NCBI GenBank assembly: GCA_003216595.1
Contig: QCIQ01000005.1
Coordinates: forward strand, 7,366-71,365
Length of the DNA: 64,000 nt
From: Prochlorococcus sp. AG-402-M18
GTDB taxonomy: Bacteria; Cyanobacteriota; Cyanobacteriia; PCC-6307; Cyanobiaceae
Direction: 5' to 3'
Below are positions 59,667 to 64,000 of the stretch, one piece after another (within the stretch, counting starts at the first letter, position 1; the number at the start of each line of letters is the position of its first letter). Both the position numbers and the translations under genes were made by a program. The notes beneath the pieces are model-generated. The model ran no database searches. It was given only the letters and a program-made list of their open reading frames with translations, and was not told the origin of the DNA.

Positions 59667-60554
59667 ATGATTTTAGCTGTTTCTAAAAAGAGATTATCAA
59701 GTGGACTTTTAGTTGGAGCTTTTGGATTTTTAATAGTCTCTCTAGGTAATTGGTGGTTTTCTATAGCAATAAGTTTAATTGTTCATTTAGCTCTTCAAGA
59801 GTTCTTCCGGATGGCAGAGTTCACTGGGATAAGACCTGCTACTAAGACAACGTTGTTAGCCTGTCAAATATTACTTTTTTTTACTCAATTATCTTCTCGT
59901 GGATATATCTCTATTGAAATATCAGATGCTATCCTACCATTGTCTGGCGCTGCTATTTGTGGTTGGTTATTGCTTCAACCTGTTACTGGTTCCATTGCGG
60001 ATGTGGCGGCATCAATATTTGGATTATTTTATTTAGGCTTTCTGCCAAGTCATTGGATTAAGTTAAGAAATCTTTTAGAGACTGATTTACCCAATAATGT
60101 TAATTTGATTCCTATTGATTGGTCATCGCATATTACTTTTGGAATGCTAATAACTTTTTCTACATGTTTTATGATTGTTGGTTTTGATATAGGCTCTTAT
60201 TTTGTAGGCAAGAAGTTTGGCAATCATTCATTATCCCCAATTTCACCTTCTAAAACTATTGAAGGTGTTATTGGTGGATTATCTTTTTCAATAATAATAG
60301 GAGCCTTTTGTGGATATCTACTTAGATGGGAGTTTGGAATATTTATTGGAATATTTATTGGTATTTTAGTCGCACTATTTTCTCTTGTTGGAGATCTTAC
60401 TGAATCGATGTTGAAGAGGAATGCAGGATTAAAAGATTCAGGTGATTTTTTACCTGGTCATGGCGGTATCCTAGATAGAATAGATAGTTATTTATTTACT
60501 CCAGCTATTGTATTTTATATAGTAATTTTACTGTCACCATTAATTATTTCATGA
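59667..60554 (+). CDS. cdsA: Phosphatidate cytidylyltransferase
   Basis: 295 aa polytopic membrane protein with the signature SMLKRNAGLKDSGDFLPGHGGILDRIDS. Confidence 0.9.
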   Translation: MILAVSKKRLSSGLLVGAFGFLIVSLGNWWFSIAISLIVHLALQEFFRMAEFTGIRPATKTTLLACQILLFFTQLSSRGYISIEISDAILPLSGAAICGWLLLQPVTGSIADVAASIFGLFYLGFLPSHWIKLRNLLETDLPNNVNLIPIDWSSHITFGMLITFSTCFMIVGFDIGSYFVGKKFGNHSLSPISPSKTIEGVIGGLSFSIIIGAFCGYLLRWEFGIFIGIFIGILVALFSLVGDLTESMLKRNAGLKDSGDFLPGHGGILDRIDSYLFTPAIVFYIVILLSPLIIS

Positions 60555-60559
60555 AGTGT

Positions 60560-61192
60560 TTAAAAACTTATAGATGAACTTGCAGAAACATTAATTATAT
60601 TATTTTCTATATATATATTATTAATATATATTTTGTCTTCAATCGGGATTTGAAAAGTCTTTTTGGTGCTTTTATTCTCTAAATAAATTTTACCTCTCTC
60701 TGTTCTAATATTAATCTCTTCTTCTTGAATAATATTGATGTTCCTTTTAGAAGATTTCATTAACAATCTACCATTGCTTATCTTAATATCTTTTAATTGA
60801 TCTTTATTTAATACTTCCCTGCTAATTATATTACCAATCCAATTCCATTTGTTAGAGAACAAAATTGTTCTGAATGAGTTTTGCGATAATAAAATTCTGA
60901 ATTTTATTATAGGATTGTTTATAAAGTTTAATTCTTTTTTTGTTGGTTTGAAATTAATTTTAAGATTATCCGCTTCCAGTTCTAATTTATCGAATAGAAG
61001 ATCTTTGTAATTAATATCTTTAGCAGTGATATTGATTTTTTTTATTTCCCCTTTGAGTATTTGATTAAATGAGGAGATAATATTTATTTTTATATTGCAT
61101 ATTTTTTTGCACTCTTTTATGAGTAAAATTCTAATACCTTGTTCTAAGAATTTCGCAAGAATTCCTTTCTTTTGAATTTGCTTAGATTTCAT
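60560..61192 (-). CDS. Hypothetical Lys/Ile/Asn-rich protein
   Basis: I trimmed the track ORF (to 61225) to the ATG at 61192, which sits 1 nt after the upstream hydrolase stop (TAAAATG). I cannot assign a family with confidence. Confidence 0.45.
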   Translation of the reverse strand: MKSKQIQKKGILAKFLEQGIRILLIKECKKICNIKINIISSFNQILKGEIKKINITAKDINYKDLLFDKLELEADNLKINFKPTKKELNFINNPIIKFRILLSQNSFRTILFSNKWNWIGNIISREVLNKDQLKDIKISNGRLLMKSSKRNINIIQEEEINIRTERGKIYLENKSTKKTFQIPIEDKIYINNIYIENNIINVSASSSISF

Positions 61193-61193
61193 T

Positions 61194-62102
61194 TTATTCT
61201 TTAAATCTTTCCCAAGCCTCAGCAACTAACTTTGGTTCTTCTAAATGTGGTAGATGGCCTGAATTTGTTGCTATTTCTATGTTGGAATTATAGTTTATTT
61301 TGGTTTTTTCCTTTTCGGCTTTAGGAATAATTCTGTCATATTTGCCTAATATAATTTTGAGAGGTTGAGTTGGTTTTGGGAGTCCGCAATCAGATACTCC
61401 CCCATCTGCCGCGAAATCTGCTAGGGATGATTGCCAACCAGGAACTTTTAAATGTATTGAGGCGATTTGTTCCTCTGCAGGGCCAACGCTATTTTTTGGA
61501 TCTGCAAATGCCTGTCTGCATAATGCCTTACGTACAAAAGGTTGCCTAAGGAAACATGCCCCAAAATGATTAAAAGGCCATAGGATTTTTGGGTTTTTGC
61601 CTGCTAAACCTGCTGGTGATAAAAGTAGTAACTTGTTGACCTTCTTTGGGTTTTGTCTTGCGAGTTCTAGAGCTAAAGCCCCTCCCATTGAGGCACCTAT
61701 TAGGCCTATGGAATGATTCTTTGAGAAATAGTTCAATACAGAATTTAAATGTTTCATCAAATATTTAAATCCATATTTGTTACCACTAGATCTAGGACAA
61801 AAGCCAAATCCATATAGATCTGGAATGATTAGTTTATTATTCTTTTTTAGATAAGGAGTGAGACGTCTAAATTCAAGGAAACAGCTATCAAAACCATGTA
61901 TTAGTAGAACTTTTTCTCCTTTACCTGTTAACACTGTTGGAAATAGGTCAGATTTATTGAGTGATATATCTTCTAGTTGTAACCATTTAAGATCTTCAAA
62001 TAATTTACTAGCTTGTTTGTCAATAATTTGATCTCGTATCTTATTTATGTATGCCTTCGTGGCATTCGTTTTATCTATATTTTCAATTACTTCTTGATTC
62101 AA
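61194..62102 (-). CDS. Alpha/beta-fold hydrolase
   Basis: 302 aa with the HG oxyanion motif (LLIHGFDS), the nucleophile elbow GASMGG, and a C-terminal His (NSGHLPHLE). Confidence 0.8.
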   Translation of the reverse strand: MNQEVIENIDKTNATKAYINKIRDQIIDKQASKLFEDLKWLQLEDISLNKSDLFPTVLTGKGEKVLLIHGFDSCFLEFRRLTPYLKKNNKLIIPDLYGFGFCPRSSGNKYGFKYLMKHLNSVLNYFSKNHSIGLIGASMGGALALELARQNPKKVNKLLLLSPAGLAGKNPKILWPFNHFGACFLRQPFVRKALCRQAFADPKNSVGPAEEQIASIHLKVPGWQSSLADFAADGGVSDCGLPKPTQPLKIILGKYDRIIPKAEKEKTKINYNSNIEIATNSGHLPHLEEPKLVAEAWERFKE

Positions 62103-62107
62103 TTCTC

Positions 62108-63226
62108 TTATAAATTTTTTATTCTTGTTTTTGATTTTGTAGGCAAAGATTTAAAACTTTGAAGTGCTTCGAGCAGATCTTTTTCATTTATTGGGAAAGG
62201 TAATTGATGTATATCAGAGTTATCATTACAAGCAAACTTACAGGCTTTATATAGTTCATTCCTTGACATGTTTTTAAGACAAATAGACTCAATTGAAATA
62301 GGAAGATTTAATTGAGAGAAGAAATCTATAAGTTGTGACTTGGCTTGTTTTTGTAATTGACTATTTGAATTTTTCTCTTCTAGATGTAACTGTACTAGCA
62401 AACCAAAACCAACAAGTTCTCCATGAAGTGGTTTGTTTGTATATGCAAGTTGTGTTAGTCCATTATGTATGGGATGGGCTGCTGCTGTTCTGCATCTTGC
62501 ACCCCCAAGCCCTCCAATCATTCCAGCTGTTAGTGAACATCCTTCTGCAACAGTTTGCCAAGAACTGCTTAGTGGATCTAAGAACGCCTGATAACCGTTT
62601 AAAAATAATTGATCTCTTAAAACTCTAGCCATCTGAACGGCTTGTTGAACAAAACCGTCTTTGCTTGTTCTACTTGTTAAGGAGGACTCGTACCATTTCG
62701 CGACAGCATCTGCCATGCCGCTAGCAAGTGTTCTTGGTGAAGCGGATCTAACGATTCTGTGATCAAATATCAACAAGTTTGGGCAGCTTTTTAAAGTTAC
62801 ATCTTTTATGAATCTGCCATCGGGAGTATAAATATTAGATAAAGCAGTCCATCCAGCACATGTGGAAGCGCTTAATGGCACTGTAATGCAATTAAGGCCA
62901 AGTAAATCAGCAATTAATTTTCCAGCATCCAGTACTTTCCCTCCTCCTGCTGCAATAATCGCATCGCAATTGTTTTCCTTTGAGACTAAATATGCAGTTT
63001 GGATATCTAATTCACAACAATCGTGATCTAATTCGTGAGAGATTGATTGAATACCTTTTAATAAAAGATCTTTTTTTAATGAAGTTCTTATTTTTTTTGT
63101 AGAACTACTTCTACCTATTATCAAAGGTCTTTTGCATAATTTAGTTATTAAATCTAACGATTTAATCCATGCACCTTCACCTCTAACGACCTTTGAAGGT
63201 GAAATGCTTTGATTATTTATCAACAT
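62108..63226 (-). CDS. Iron-containing alcohol dehydrogenase family protein (glycerol dehydrogenase-like)
   Basis: 372 aa with AAGGGKVLDAGK and metal-binding His residues (AAAHPIHNGL, HGELVGFG). Confidence 0.8.
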   Translation of the reverse strand: MLINNQSISPSKVVRGEGAWIKSLDLITKLCKRPLIIGRSSSTKKIRTSLKKDLLLKGIQSISHELDHDCCELDIQTAYLVSKENNCDAIIAAGGGKVLDAGKLIADLLGLNCITVPLSASTCAGWTALSNIYTPDGRFIKDVTLKSCPNLLIFDHRIVRSASPRTLASGMADAVAKWYESSLTSRTSKDGFVQQAVQMARVLRDQLFLNGYQAFLDPLSSSWQTVAEGCSLTAGMIGGLGGARCRTAAAHPIHNGLTQLAYTNKPLHGELVGFGLLVQLHLEEKNSNSQLQKQAKSQLIDFFSQLNLPISIESICLKNMSRNELYKACKFACNDNSDIHQLPFPINEKDLLEALQSFKSLPTKSKTRIKNL

Positions 63227-63247
63227 TTAACTGTTCTCTATTAAAGC

Positions 63248-64000
63248 TTAAACAGCGGCACTTGCTAATTCTGGTGTGGAACTATCTTTTCCAAGATGTT
63301 TAACAATCACTTTTTTGCTTTCATCAATATCCACCTCCGCTTTATCTCCATCTTTTATCCTGCCAGATAAAACTTCTTCAGCCAGGCTATCTTCTAACAA
63401 CCTCATTACCGCTCTTCTTAAAGGCCGTGCCCCATAAGAAGGATTGTATCCTTCTTCAACTAATCTTTCTTTGAAGTCGTCTGAGACAGTTAAAGATATT
63501 CCTTTCTCCTTTATTCTTAAGAATACTTCTTTTAACATTATTTCTGCGATGTCTTTGACTTCATTTCTGGAGAGTTGTCTGAATACAATTATTTCATCTA
63601 ATCTATTAAGAAATTCAGGGCGGAAATATTGCTTTAGTTCTTCATTTACTAATGATTTAATTCTATTGTATTGAGTATCTTCTAAATTTTCACCTGAGAA
63701 TTCAAATCCCAATCCACCTCCACCTTTCTCTATAACTTTAGATCCAATATTAGAAGTCATTATTATTAAAGTGTTTTTGAAATCTACAGTTCTTCCTTTT
63801 GAATCAGTTAATCTTCCTTCCTCTAGTAATTGAAGGAGAAGATTAAATACATCTGGATGAGCTTTTTCTATTTCATCGAATAAAACAACTGTATAAGGTC
63901 TTCTTCTCACTGCTTCTGTTAATTGTCCACCTTCATTGAACCCTACGTAGCCAGGAGGTGAACCTATTAATTTACTAACAGTATGTCTTTCCATAAATTC
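63248..64000 (-). CDS. clpC: ATP-dependent Clp protease ATP-binding subunit ClpC, C-terminal part (continues past the window end)
   Basis: The translation [41 protein letters not shown]...GARPLRRAV is the second AAA+ module plus ClpB_D2-small. The frame stays open to base 64000. Confidence 0.93.
   Translation of the reverse strand, partial: EFMERHTVSKLIGSPPGYVGFNEGGQLTEAVRRRPYTVVLFDEIEKAHPDVFNLLLQLLEEGRLTDSKGRTVDFKNTLIIMTSNIGSKVIEKGGGGLGFEFSGENLEDTQYNRIKSLVNEELKQYFRPEFLNRLDEIIVFRQLSRNEVKDIAEIMLKEVFLRIKEKGISLTVSDDFKERLVEEGYNPSYGARPLRRAVMRLLEDSLAEEVLSGRIKDGDKAEVDIDESKKVIVKHLGKDSSTPELASAAV

Overview
This window looks like a core chromosomal segment of a low-light-adapted Prochlorococcus marinus; this is an inference from gene content and I could not run a search. 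The supporting evidence is the AT-rich sequence, at least four tandem pcb (chlorophyll a/b antenna, CP43/IsiA family) genes, and typical marine picocyanobacterial neighbourhoods: chlI-ruvC, trxA-Yfr1-guaB-like, zwf-opcA-cobB, petH, and sasA beside tRNA-Glu. Coding density is high. I support about 60 protein genes, mostly housekeeping, photosynthesis or carbon metabolism. I also found one tRNA (Glu-UUC) and one small RNA that matches the Yfr1 signature. petG (39 aa) is missing from the ORF track because it is shorter than 60 aa. There are several clean Rho-independent terminators and one disrupted DCC-family gene. I saw no rRNA, CRISPR array, transposase, integrase or phage module. The least ordinary part is 1-9300: the pcb array, small opposite-strand ORFs, a Pro/Glu-repeat protein, the DCC pseudogene, a MIF-like tautomerase, and an AT-rich stretch that does not clearly code. 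Other items worth a second look are a 31-bp perfect palindrome abutting the pfkB-family kinase start, mosaic identity among the pcb paralogs, a 21-bp in-frame tandem repeat in the N-terminal extension of petH, petG overlapped by antisense ORFs at both ends, and a 620-bp prs-malQ spacer with a candidate small RNA. I did not find a convincing novel multi-gene system. Every functional call rests on motif recognition in the supplied translations.
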